Shown piece by piece: positions 13,448 through 22,279 of a DNA stretch of 64,000 bases. The notes under the pieces were generated by a model. It had not been told where the DNA came from, did not search any database, and saw nothing but the letters and a program-made list of their open reading frames with translations. How positions within the stretch are numbered: the stretch's first letter is position 1; the number at the start of each line of letters is the position of its first letter. Location of the stretch: the NCBI GenBank assembly GCA_016192455.1, contig JACPUC010000009.1:62001-126000 (forward strand). Direction: 5' to 3'. Source of the stretch: Candidatus Tectimicrobiota bacterium (lineage in GTDB: Bacteria; JACPUC01). The position numbers were made by a program, and so were the translations under genes.

Positions 13448-14584
13448 ATGAAAATCTATGGATTCCATTTGATGCCGTGGCCGTATCTGAAAGAGCGCTC
13501 GGAATACCCCGATGCGAACTCACTCTACGATCCCCGGATGGGACACCGGGTCTACAACGAGTATCTCGATCAGCTCGAAGCCTTCGAGGACTACGGCTTC
13601 GACGGCATATGCTTCAACGAACATCATTCCGTCCCTTATGGCGGCATGCCCTCTCCCAACATCATCGCCGCCGCCATCGCCCGGCGCACCAAGAAGCTGA
13701 GGATCGCCATCGTCGGCAATCTGCCGGCGCTGCACGGGCATCCCCTCCGCCTTGCTGAAGAGCTGGCCATGCTCGACGTCATCACCGGCGGCCGCATGGT
13801 GTCGGGATTCGTGCGCGGCATCCCCACCGAGTACTACGCCTACTCTCAAAGAGCCACGGAAGCCCGCGAGCGCATCGAAGAAGCCGTGGACCTGATCGTC
13901 AAGGCGTGGACCGAGCGCCAGCCGTTCGCCTGGCATGGGAAGTTCTTCACCTACGACCACGTCAGCATCTGGCCGCGCCCCCTGCAGCAGCCCCATCCGC
14001 CCATCATCTATCCGGCGCAGACCCCGGACTCGCAGGAGATCGCGGCGAAACGCCGCTGGCCCAGCGGCATCGCCTATCGCTCGACCGCGGCCTCGAAACC
14101 CCTGGCCGACAACTTCCGCGCCCTGGCCCGCACCTACGGCTGGGAGCCGACGCTCGAAGACCTCTCCATCCTGCGCTTCGTCTACGTCAGCGAATCGAAC
14201 GCGCAGGCGCGCGAAGAGGCCAAGGAGCACATGGATTACTTCTGGCAGAAACTCTTCAGCATGAACCTCGGCATCTTGCGCCTGGAAGGGGGAAGCGCCC
14301 CGCGCGGCTACGAAAGCAATACGAGCAGCCAGGACCGGCAATTCTGGGAGATCGACTACGACTTCGCCAACGCCAGCGGCATCAGCATCTGCGGCGACCC
14401 CGATTTCGTCACCGAGCAAATCCTGCGCCAGCAAGATGAGATCGGCGTCGGCACCTTCATGTTGCTCTTCCAGTTCGGCAGTCTGCCGCACAACCTGGCG
14501 ATGAAGAACCTCGACCTGTTCGCCAGGCACGTCCTGCCCGAACTGCGCAAGCAGGCTCCGGTGCAGGCCCCCAGCTCAAGCTGA
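13448..14584 (+). CDS. LLM-class flavin-dependent oxidoreductase (luciferase-like monooxygenase)
   Basis: GFDGICFNEHH, HPLRLAEELAMLDVITGGR, PRPLQQPHPP. Confidence 0.95.
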   Translation: MKIYGFHLMPWPYLKERSEYPDANSLYDPRMGHRVYNEYLDQLEAFEDYGFDGICFNEHHSVPYGGMPSPNIIAAAIARRTKKLRIAIVGNLPALHGHPLRLAEELAMLDVITGGRMVSGFVRGIPTEYYAYSQRATEARERIEEAVDLIVKAWTERQPFAWHGKFFTYDHVSIWPRPLQQPHPPIIYPAQTPDSQEIAAKRRWPSGIAYRSTAASKPLADNFRALARTYGWEPTLEDLSILRFVYVSESNAQAREEAKEHMDYFWQKLFSMNLGILRLEGGSAPRGYESNTSSQDRQFWEIDYDFANASGISICGDPDFVTEQILRQQDEIGVGTFMLLFQFGSLPHNLAMKNLDLFARHVLPELRKQAPVQAPSSS

Positions 14585-14686
14585 GCCGGGTGGATGCAGG
14601 CGGCGCGCTGCGGTGCTCGGGGCAACATTCCTCGAAGGGCGACGTCGGGGCCCGAACCTAGCCTCTCCTTGGCCGGGCGTCGAGCC

Positions 14687-15655
14687 TTACAAGGTTTGCA
14701 GGTAGGCGAGGATGGTCCCCAGCCTCTCATCCCCCAGGTGCGCGAAGGAGGGCATCTTGTCGATGGGGTTGCGGAGCTGGCTGAGCACGTTCTCCACCGT
14801 GGCGGGCCGCCCGCTGAAGGGGAGGCGCGGCTTCTTGAACAGACCCTTGAGGCCGGGCCCCACCTTGTCCTCATCCCGATCGGGGTAGTGGCAGTAGACG
14901 CAGATCGAGGTGAAGAGGTCGTGCCCCGCGTCCCGCGTGGTGCTGTCCACGCTGTTCAACGCCGTGAGGGCGCTGGCGACGAACCGCGGCTTCCCCTCGC
15001 TCGCCCGCGCGCCGCGAATCTCCGCCAGGTAGGCGGCGACGAGGCCCCCCTCGCGCGCCGCAATCCAGCCCGGCAGCAGCTCCCGCATCCGATCCACCGT
15101 CTGCACCCAGCCCTCGGCGGTCTTGGTGCGATCAAAGACGCGCGACAGGTCGTGGCAGCGCGTGCACTTCTCGTCGAGCAAGGCGGCGCCGCTGACGGGA
15201 CCGATCCGCGCCTGGCCGCTCAGCTTGGAGATCTGGTACTGGTTTCCCGTGGCCCGCATGAGGTAGTAGTACCCCGTTGAACTCGCCCCCACGCCGAGAG
15301 CGAGCACGAAGACCACCAGGCCATACTGCCGCACGCCGCCCTTGAGCTGCTTGTAGACCCGGATGATGAGAATCTTCAGCGCCAGGACCACGAACAGGGC
15401 GAAGGCGACAAAGGCGTGCAGGGTGCCGCGCGGCGACACCTCCCCCTTGGCGGCGGCGAAATCACGCAGGCAGTAGTAACTGATGAGCAGGTAGAGGGCG
15501 ACGAACGTGTAGCCGGAGACCTGGTGGAGACGCCGCAGCAGCCGTGGGTTGAGGCGGTGCTCCTTGCGCCCCAGCAGCTCGAACATCGACCAGAACTGGA
15601 ACAGCGCCAAGAGCACGAAGAAGATGCTGAGGAAAGACTTCAACTCAACAGTCAT
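14687..15655 (-). CDS. Membrane protein (about 4 TM helices with His residues) fused to two c-type heme domains
   Basis: Hydrophobic N-terminal helices with LHQ and LHA; CTRCH and CVYCH motifs; distal KMPSF. Confidence 0.8.
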   Translation of the reverse strand: MTVELKSFLSIFFVLLALFQFWSMFELLGRKEHRLNPRLLRRLHQVSGYTFVALYLLISYYCLRDFAAAKGEVSPRGTLHAFVAFALFVVLALKILIIRVYKQLKGGVRQYGLVVFVLALGVGASSTGYYYLMRATGNQYQISKLSGQARIGPVSGAALLDEKCTRCHDLSRVFDRTKTAEGWVQTVDRMRELLPGWIAAREGGLVAAYLAEIRGARASEGKPRFVASALTALNSVDSTTRDAGHDLFTSICVYCHYPDRDEDKVGPGLKGLFKKPRLPFSGRPATVENVLSQLRNPIDKMPSFAHLGDERLGTILAYLQTL

Positions 15656-15900
15656 GGCAGCGGTCCTCTCCCGGCCCAAAGGCGCGGCGCTGACGGCGCG
15701 CGGTCTCGCGCGACCGCAAGGGATTCATGACAGTCCAAACCGCTGGACACCACGCTCATATTTCCCGCCCGCGACATTTTCCGCTCACGCCCTCGGATGC
15801 CGCCCACGCTGGCGCCGCGCGGCGTGGGGCAGACCACCCCGCACGCGAGCGCACAGCCGATGCGCCGCTCGGGGAGCAATCCACGATGCCGCGCGGCGCT

Positions 15901-16191
15901 CTACGGCGGGCTGAAACCCGGCAGCTCATCGAGGCTCAACTGCAGGTGCAGCGGCTCGAGCTGGCGCGCCAGGAATTTCCCCTTCACGCCGTTGTCCAGC
16001 AGCACGTACACTTCCAGCCGCCCGGCCCCGGAGGCGTCGGCTGCTTCCGCGACCGGATGGACGCCGGTGACCGTCCCCCTTTCTCCGACGTACGCCGCCC
16101 GCCGACACTCGCGCACCCGCACCCGATCACCGGCCCGGTAGCAAGGCTCCCCGCGCGCCCTCATTGGAGCTCCCCTCTGGGAAGGATTCAC
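15901..16191 (-). CDS. Small SH3/KOW-like protein with a C-terminal QLSL motif
   Basis: GAAGGAGGG RBS before GTG 16191 (alternative ATG 16164); YRAGDRVRV..G..GTVTGV..YVLLDNG..QLEPL pattern. Confidence 0.65.
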   Translation of the reverse strand: MNPSQRGAPMRARGEPCYRAGDRVRVRECRRAAYVGERGTVTGVHPVAEAADASGAGRLEVYVLLDNGVKGKFLARQLEPLHLQLSLDELPGFSPP

Positions 16192-16554
16192 CTACCCTCC
16201 TTCACCTCCAGGGAATCGGTACCACGCCTTCCGCCTTCACTCAACGGTGAAGCGGCATGGCTTCACTCCCCCCGCGGCTCCGTCTCCCCGCCGAAGGGGG
16301 ACGCCGCGATCGCCGTTCGATCCCGCGGCAGGCCATTCTCAATCGCTTTTTCTTTGTCTTTTTTTTGCAACGAACGACTTTTTCCTTGATCTTCGTGTTT
16401 TCTTCATACATCTTAGAAGCAACGGCAGAGGTCGGCAAGCGCTCGGTGGGCGTTCGGGCGCCGTACGCCGCGCTCGGGCGCCCCGGGAGGCGAGGGGGCA
16501 AACGGCGCGGCAACGGCTCATGCTGACAGGCCCCCCTGCACGAGGAGCACCACG

Positions 16555-17199
16555 ATGTACGTCACGAAGCGGCAGCGGCAAATCTACGAGTTCATCAAGG
16601 CCAGCATCGAGACCAACGGCTACGCTCCCAGCCTGCAGGAAATCGGTGCTCAGTTCAACCTCTCCTCCCTCGCCACCATCCACAAGCACCTCACCAACCT
16701 GGAGGAGAAGGGCCTCATCGTGCGCCACTGGAACCGCAGCCGCGCCATCGAGCTGACCACCCCGCCAAGCCCCACCACCACGCAGCGCGGCGGCCGCCCC
16801 GTGTCCTCCGCCGTGGAGCTGCCGCTGCTCGGGCGCATCGCCGCCGGCCAGCCGCTGGAGGCCGTGCAGGACAGCGAGAGCATCCTCGTGCCGCCGGACA
16901 TGGTCGGCCGCCAGAAGACCTACGTCCTGCGCGTCACCGGCGACTCGATGATCGAGGAGCACATCCGCGAAGGGGACTACGTCATCGTCGAGGAGCGCCA
17001 AACCGCCTCGAACGGCGACACCGTCGTCGCCCTCATCGACGGCGACAGCGCCACGCTGAAGAAGTTCTTCCGCGAGGGCGACCGCATCCGCCTGCAGCCG
17101 GCCAACGCCACCATGCAGCCGATCTACGTCACCGGCGACCGCCTCGCCATCCAGGGCATCGTCATCGGCATCCTGCGGAAGTACCGGGCCGGGAGGTAG
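16555..17199 (+). CDS. lexA: SOS repressor LexA
   Basis: TKRQRQIYEFI..GYAPSLQEI, GRIAAG (Ala-Gly cleavage site), GDSM Ser and TLKK Lys. Confidence 0.97.
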   Translation: MYVTKRQRQIYEFIKASIETNGYAPSLQEIGAQFNLSSLATIHKHLTNLEEKGLIVRHWNRSRAIELTTPPSPTTTQRGGRPVSSAVELPLLGRIAAGQPLEAVQDSESILVPPDMVGRQKTYVLRVTGDSMIEEHIREGDYVIVEERQTASNGDTVVALIDGDSATLKKFFREGDRIRLQPANATMQPIYVTGDRLAIQGIVIGILRKYRAGR

Positions 17200-17208
17200 G
17201 GAGGCGAC

Positions 17209-17460
17209 GTGATGCTTTGGAAGGAACGCAATCAGGTGAAGCGCCGGATGTGGGGGCTGACGCTTAGGCGGCAGATGCGGCGGCTGCCGCTGCCGAGCGT
17301 GCTGGAGGCGGCCGAGCTGCGGCGCCGGCGGCAGGCGCAGCTCATCGCCCTGGCGCTGGCGGCCGAAAGCGGCGCGCGACAATTCCACAATGGAAGCAAG
17401 CCGCCATCATCCATGAACGTGGCCAATGCCCGCTCGTGTTGCTTCGCAAACGTCCGCTAA
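17209..17460 (+). CDS. Small Arg-rich hypothetical protein directly after lexA
   Basis: GGGAGG RBS plus GTG, 9 nt after the lexA stop; no family recognised. Confidence 0.45.
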   Translation: MMLWKERNQVKRRMWGLTLRRQMRRLPLPSVLEAAELRRRRQAQLIALALAAESGARQFHNGSKPPSSMNVANARSCCFANVR

Positions 17461-17672
17461 TAAATTGGATGCGTTGCAGGCGACATTTTTGTGGGGGACC
17501 CTTGCTCCCCTGCCGCCCCAGCGGGGAAGGCTCCACGCCCATTCCCCGCGAGCTGCGCAGCAGCTCGCGGAGAAGGGGTGCGCGAGGGGGCGCGGCTCCC
17601 TCGCACGAAAACTCCCTTCGCCAGAACCAGTATTCGCTCTTCGCTCGCGGGATAACCTATGAAGCAAAAACT
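17433..17672. mobile_element. MITE-like element, copy C (core inverted relative to A and B)
   Basis: CGCGAGCTGCGCAGCAGCTCGCG..GGGGTGCGCGAGGGGGCGCGGCTCCCTCGCA; ends TTGCTTC / GAAGCAA. Confidence 0.6.
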
Positions 17673-18534
17673 CCCGTCACAAATTTACCTCGATGAAAAG
17701 TCGCTACACCATGACAATGGCAGCATTGCACGCCGCCGCTCGAAACTCATCGCCTTCGGTTGGTATGGTGGTAAGTTCAATCACCTCAATTGGCTGCTTC
17801 CTTTATTGCCGAGGTGCCATCATTATTGCGAGCCGTTTGCCGGCTCAGCCGCGGTCCTGTTCAATCGTGATCCCTCTCCTGTTGAAACGTACAACGATCT
17901 TGATGGCGAGGTCGTCAACTTTTTCCGTGTCTTGCGCGAGCAGAAAGAGAAGCTGCTCGAGTCCATAGGGCTTACGCCATTTTCCAGGGAAGAATTCTAC
18001 TTTGCCGTAACGGATAGCGAAGAACCGTTATCCGATTTGGAACACGCGCGCCGTTTCTTTGTGCGGGCGCGACAGGCGCGCACGGGTCTGGCGCAAACCG
18101 CCTCGCTCGGGCGCTGGGCGAACTGCAAGAACACCAGCCGCGCCGGCATGTCCGGGGTGGTATCGCGCTGGCTCGGCAGCGTGGAGATGCTGCCGGAAAT
18201 CGCCGCGCGCCTCCTGCGTGTGCAGATCGAAAACCGCCCGGCGGTGGATGCCATTCGCTTGTATGACAGCCCTTCGACCCTGTTTTACTGCGATCCGCCG
18301 TATGTTCACGACAGCCGCGGCGACAGCAAAGCTTACGGTTTCGAGATGAATGACCTCGCGCACCAGGAGCTGGCGCGGCTCCTTCAGCAGTGCAAGGGGA
18401 TGGTCGCTCTTTCGGGGTATCGTTGCGATCTGCTGGATTCCGTCTATAAAGACTGGCGCCGCCATGACGCCCCTGCGAAATACTGCCACTCCATCAAGAA
18501 ACCGCGTCAGGAGGCGCTCTGGGTGAACTATTAA
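17659..18534 (+). CDS. Orphan DNA adenine methyltransferase (Dam/D12-like, alpha-type motif order)
   Basis: WYGGK, EPFAGSAAV, YNDLD, FYCDPPY. Confidence 0.93.
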   Translation: MKQKLPSQIYLDEKSLHHDNGSIARRRSKLIAFGWYGGKFNHLNWLLPLLPRCHHYCEPFAGSAAVLFNRDPSPVETYNDLDGEVVNFFRVLREQKEKLLESIGLTPFSREEFYFAVTDSEEPLSDLEHARRFFVRARQARTGLAQTASLGRWANCKNTSRAGMSGVVSRWLGSVEMLPEIAARLLRVQIENRPAVDAIRLYDSPSTLFYCDPPYVHDSRGDSKAYGFEMNDLAHQELARLLQQCKGMVALSGYRCDLLDSVYKDWRRHDAPAKYCHSIKKPRQEALWVNY

Positions 18535-18569
18535 CGCTTGCTGAGTCGCGACATGCTTGTTGATTATGC

Positions 18570-18814
18570 TAGTAGTGCGTCTCACGAGTTCGTTGATACA
18601 TTTAATTCGTTGCAGGTGGCATTGGCAGGAAGATTTCTTGTGGGGAACCCTTGCTCCCGCACATTCCCAATCCGCGCGAGCGGTAGGGGCGGTTCACGAA
18701 CCGCCCCTACGAGTAGGGGTGCGCGAGGGGGCGCGGCTCCCTCGCAGAAAAACTGTCTAAGATTGGCAACAATCTTGCTAATTTCGTTAATGAACGTATG
18801 AGGCAGGAAATTAG
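18570..18814. mobile_element. MITE-like element, copy D (same orientation as C), with a GTAG REP as its central hairpin
   Basis: TTGTGGGGAACCCTTGCTCCC..GTAGGGGCGGTTCACGAACCGCCCCTAC..GGGGTGCGCGAGGGGGCGCGGCTCCCTCGCA. Confidence 0.6.
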
Positions 18815-18899
18815 GAAATCAACGCCCCCCTTCTCGCTGCCGCGCAGGCGTGGCGGCGCCGGAAGGAGTGGGGGGGCCTGCCTCGCCAGAAGATCACCC

Positions 18900-20180
18900 A
18901 TGCGGCAGATTCTCCATGTTGACATGGATACGTTCTTCGTGGCGGTGGAGCAGCGCCTCGATCCGTCGCTGCTCGGCAAGCCGGTCATCGTCGGCGGGCA
19001 TCCCGAGGGGCGCGGCGTGGTGGCGGCGTGCTCCTACGAGGCCCGCGCCTTCGGCGTGCACTCCGCCATGCCGCTGGCGCAGGCTTTGCGCCTCTGCCCG
19101 CGCGCCGTCTTCCTGCGCGGCGCCTATGACAACTACCTGCGCGCCAGCCTGGAAGTCTTCCGCATCCTGAAGCAGTTCACCCCCCTCGTCGAGCCGACCT
19201 CCCTCGACGAGGCGTACCTCGACGTCAGCGCCTGCCTGCGCCTGCACGGCCATGCCATGGCGATCGCGGAGACGATCCACGAGCGCATCGCCGGGCGGCT
19301 GGCGCTGCCCGCCTCGGTGGGTCTCGCCACCAGCAAGATCGTGGCCAAGGTGGCCTCGCGGCGCGCCAAGCCGAACGGCATCCTGCGCGTCCTTCCCGGC
19401 GCGGAGGCGGCGTTCCTGGCGCCGCTCTCCCTGCGCGAGCTGCCGGGCATCGGGCCGAGCACGGCGGAGCGCCTCCAGAGCCTCGGCCTGCGCGCCATCG
19501 GCGAGCTGGCGCACCTGCCGCCCGCCATGCTCGAGACCGTCTTCGGCAAGACAGGTCGCCTGCTGACGCAGCGCGCCCGCGGCATCGACGCCTCCCCCGT
19601 GGTCACCGGCTCCGTGGTCAAGTCGGTCGGCCACGAAACCACCTTTGAAACGGATACCGCCGACCGCGGGGAGCTCGAAGCGGTCCTCGCCCACCTCACC
19701 GAGAAGGCCACGCGCCGCCTGCGCCGCCTCCCCATGCAGGCCCGGACCGTCACCCTGAAGCTGCGCTACGCCGATTTCACGACCGTCAGCCGCTCCCGCA
19801 CCCTGCGCGCCGCCACCGACCTCGACACCGAGGTCTATCGCACCGCCGGCCGCCTCCTGCGCAGCCTGTTGACGCGCCGCGTGCGCGTCCGCCTCCTCGG
19901 CGTCAGCCTCTCGAACCTCTGCGAGGGCGAGCGCCAGCTCGACCTCTTCGGCGAGGGGCGCTGCGCCAAGTACCGCGGCTTCTACCGCGCCGTCGATACC
20001 CTGCGGGACCGGTTTGGCTTCGATGTGGTGACCGTGGGGCGCGCCGCCCTCTTGCAGCCGGCCGCGCGGCGGGGCGAGCGCCACCTCAACCCGTTTCGAC
20101 CCGCGCTTGACCAGGAAGAGAGGAAGAAGGGAGAGGGCACGCCGGAGGAGGGCGGGCCGTCGTTCCAGGACGCGGCCTGA
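18900..20180 (+). CDS. dinB: Y-family DNA polymerase (DinB/Pol IV-like)
   Basis: ILHVDMDTFF, CSYEARAFGV, SLDEAYLD, KPNG, little-finger domain, QLDLF clamp motif. Confidence 0.93.
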   Translation: MRQILHVDMDTFFVAVEQRLDPSLLGKPVIVGGHPEGRGVVAACSYEARAFGVHSAMPLAQALRLCPRAVFLRGAYDNYLRASLEVFRILKQFTPLVEPTSLDEAYLDVSACLRLHGHAMAIAETIHERIAGRLALPASVGLATSKIVAKVASRRAKPNGILRVLPGAEAAFLAPLSLRELPGIGPSTAERLQSLGLRAIGELAHLPPAMLETVFGKTGRLLTQRARGIDASPVVTGSVVKSVGHETTFETDTADRGELEAVLAHLTEKATRRLRRLPMQARTVTLKLRYADFTTVSRSRTLRAATDLDTEVYRTAGRLLRSLLTRRVRVRLLGVSLSNLCEGERQLDLFGEGRCAKYRGFYRAVDTLRDRFGFDVVTVGRAALLQPAARRGERHLNPFRPALDQEERKKGEGTPEEGGPSFQDAA

Positions 20181-20224
20181 GAGAGCCGCCGGCGCCGGCC
20201 GCCAGCGGCAACTTAACGACAGCC

Positions 20225-22279
20225 TCAAATCCGGTGGATGAGTCGGTTCGGCGCGCCATCCGGCCAGGAGCCGAAGTAGCGCAGCACCCCCTCGGGCGGG
20301 CGCCGCCGCGACCACGCCGCGACGAACTCTGCGTAGGGGAGGGCTTGTTCCTTGCGCCGGGCGCGCGCCGCCTGCCGCCGGCGCTGCGTCTCGCCGTCGT
20401 CGACTTTCAGGGTGGCGGGATTGTAGGCCACGCGGTAGACCTGCTCGATCGCCCAGGGTGACACGGCGCCTTTGCGCAGGTCCTCCATGAGCGCCTGGGG
20501 ATCGCGTTCCAGCACGTCGCCGTAGCCTCCGCCGCCGGCCACGTTGACGATGAAAAGATCGCCCCGTTCCAGGATGCGCGGCCGCCGCGTCTTACTCTCC
20601 ACGGTGTAGGCGCCGCTGATCGTACGCTCCCGCATGAGCTGCTTCGAGCTGGTCGGCAGGTCGAGGGCGCTCTGCGCCAGCTTCTCGAAAAGGTTGCTGT
20701 GGCGCACCTGCAGGCCGGGATGGATGGCGTGCGGGTAGCCCCCGAAGAGGCCGCTGTGCGACGGGAACTTGCTCTCCTTGGCCGCCTGCTGGTAGCTCGA
20801 GCGCGGCACGAGGTGCGGGGCGTAGGCGGCGGAGAGACCGGCGCCGCCCCGGTACTTGCCATGCCCGCAGCTATCGGCGAGCATGCGCATGAAGAGGTGC
20901 AGGTGGGGCTGATCGTTCTCCAGGTCCTCCACGTCCGCCCCCTTGCCGTGCGGGCCGTGGCTGAAGCCGAAGCAGTCGATGCCGTCCGCGTCGAACCGGG
21001 CTGGTCCCCCCTGGGCGTTGAGGGCGTAGGACATCGAATCGGTGACTCGCACGCCGTACTGGTTCTCGCCGGCCACCACCGCCCCGAAGGCGGCGGAATT
21101 GATGCTGGCGCAGACGAGCTCGCGCGTCGGGCTGTCGAACATCATCTTGCCGAAGGTCACCGCCAGCGGCTGCCAGAGGTTCATCATCACGAAGACCGAG
21201 TTGGCCACGGCGGCATCGTGGCTGGCGTTGAACACGCACCCTTGCGGGGCCACGAAGTGCAGGGGCGCGAAGGCCCCGGAGGAGAGGGGGAAGTCGTGGA
21301 AGGGGTAAAGGTAGAGGTAGACGGCCGCGGCGGCCCGCACGATGTGCAGGTAGCAGTGGTACGAGCCTTCGTTCTCCGGTGAGCTGCCCGTCAGGTCGAT
21401 GGTAATCTCGTCCCCATGCTTGATGAGAGCGAAGGAGACGCGCAGCAGGGCGTCATCGAGGCCGATGGTGTCGCTGAAGACGGTGTGGCGGTAAGTGCCG
21501 TCGTTCCATTGCCCGATGCGCTCGCGCACGGCCGCCTCGGTGTGGCTCAGCATGCGCCGGAAGAGGCCGTGCAGGAACGGTACGCCGCGCTTTGCGGCAA
21601 GCTCCTGGAGGCGCACCCGGATGCGGTCGCAGGCGGCGACGCGGGCGCGCACGTCAAGCATCTGCATGCGCGGCGCCCGCCCGACCATGTTTGACATCAT
21701 CTCCAGCAGGTCATCGCGCAGGCGGTAGTTCTCACCGATGCGGATAGGCGTCAGGCGCATGCCTTCGTCGTAGCGGCTGCGGGCGCTCACCGGCATGCCC
21801 CCCGGCTCGATGGCGCCGGTCTCCGGCTGGTGCGCCGCCGAGAGCGCCCAGGCGATGATCTCTCCCTCGTGGAACACCGGCATGATGGCGATCTGGTCGG
21901 GGTTGTGGATGCCGCCGTAGAGGGCGTCGTTGCAGTAGAAGATGTCCCCCTCCCGCACCCCGACGGTGGGGTTGTCCTTCCAGTAGCGCAGGATGAACTT
22001 GATGGGGATGATGCCGGTGATGCAGTGCAGGTAGGTGCCGAGCACCGCCACCACCTGGTCACCCACCGGGCTGTAAATCGCCGTGACGATGTCGCCGGCA
22101 TGGATGAAGGCCGAGACCCCCAGGCGCGTCAGCACCTCCTTGGACTCCTGGCAGATCATCTGCAGCTTCTCGCTGTAAATCTCGTAGTCGCCGAGCTGCA
22201 GCTTCTCCATGCAGGCGTACTCGTACTGCGTGATCGGTTCCGGTTTCACCTGATCGAGAAGCGAGAAATCCATCAACAT
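20225..22279 (-). CDS. Hydantoinase B/oxoprolinase family protein (acetone/acetophenone carboxylase large-subunit-like)
   Basis: GDIFYCND..GGIHNPD, HQPETG..EPGG, GHGKYRGG, GGGGYGDVLERDP. Confidence 0.88.
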   Translation of the reverse strand: MLMDFSLLDQVKPEPITQYEYACMEKLQLGDYEIYSEKLQMICQESKEVLTRLGVSAFIHAGDIVTAIYSPVGDQVVAVLGTYLHCITGIIPIKFILRYWKDNPTVGVREGDIFYCNDALYGGIHNPDQIAIMPVFHEGEIIAWALSAAHQPETGAIEPGGMPVSARSRYDEGMRLTPIRIGENYRLRDDLLEMMSNMVGRAPRMQMLDVRARVAACDRIRVRLQELAAKRGVPFLHGLFRRMLSHTEAAVRERIGQWNDGTYRHTVFSDTIGLDDALLRVSFALIKHGDEITIDLTGSSPENEGSYHCYLHIVRAAAAVYLYLYPFHDFPLSSGAFAPLHFVAPQGCVFNASHDAAVANSVFVMMNLWQPLAVTFGKMMFDSPTRELVCASINSAAFGAVVAGENQYGVRVTDSMSYALNAQGGPARFDADGIDCFGFSHGPHGKGADVEDLENDQPHLHLFMRMLADSCGHGKYRGGAGLSAAYAPHLVPRSSYQQAAKESKFPSHSGLFGGYPHAIHPGLQVRHSNLFEKLAQSALDLPTSSKQLMRERTISGAYTVESKTRRPRILERGDLFIVNVAGGGGYGDVLERDPQALMEDLRKGAVSPWAIEQVYRVAYNPATLKVDDGETQRRRQAARARRKEQALPYAEFVAAWSRRRPPEGVLRYFGSWPDGAPNRLIHRI

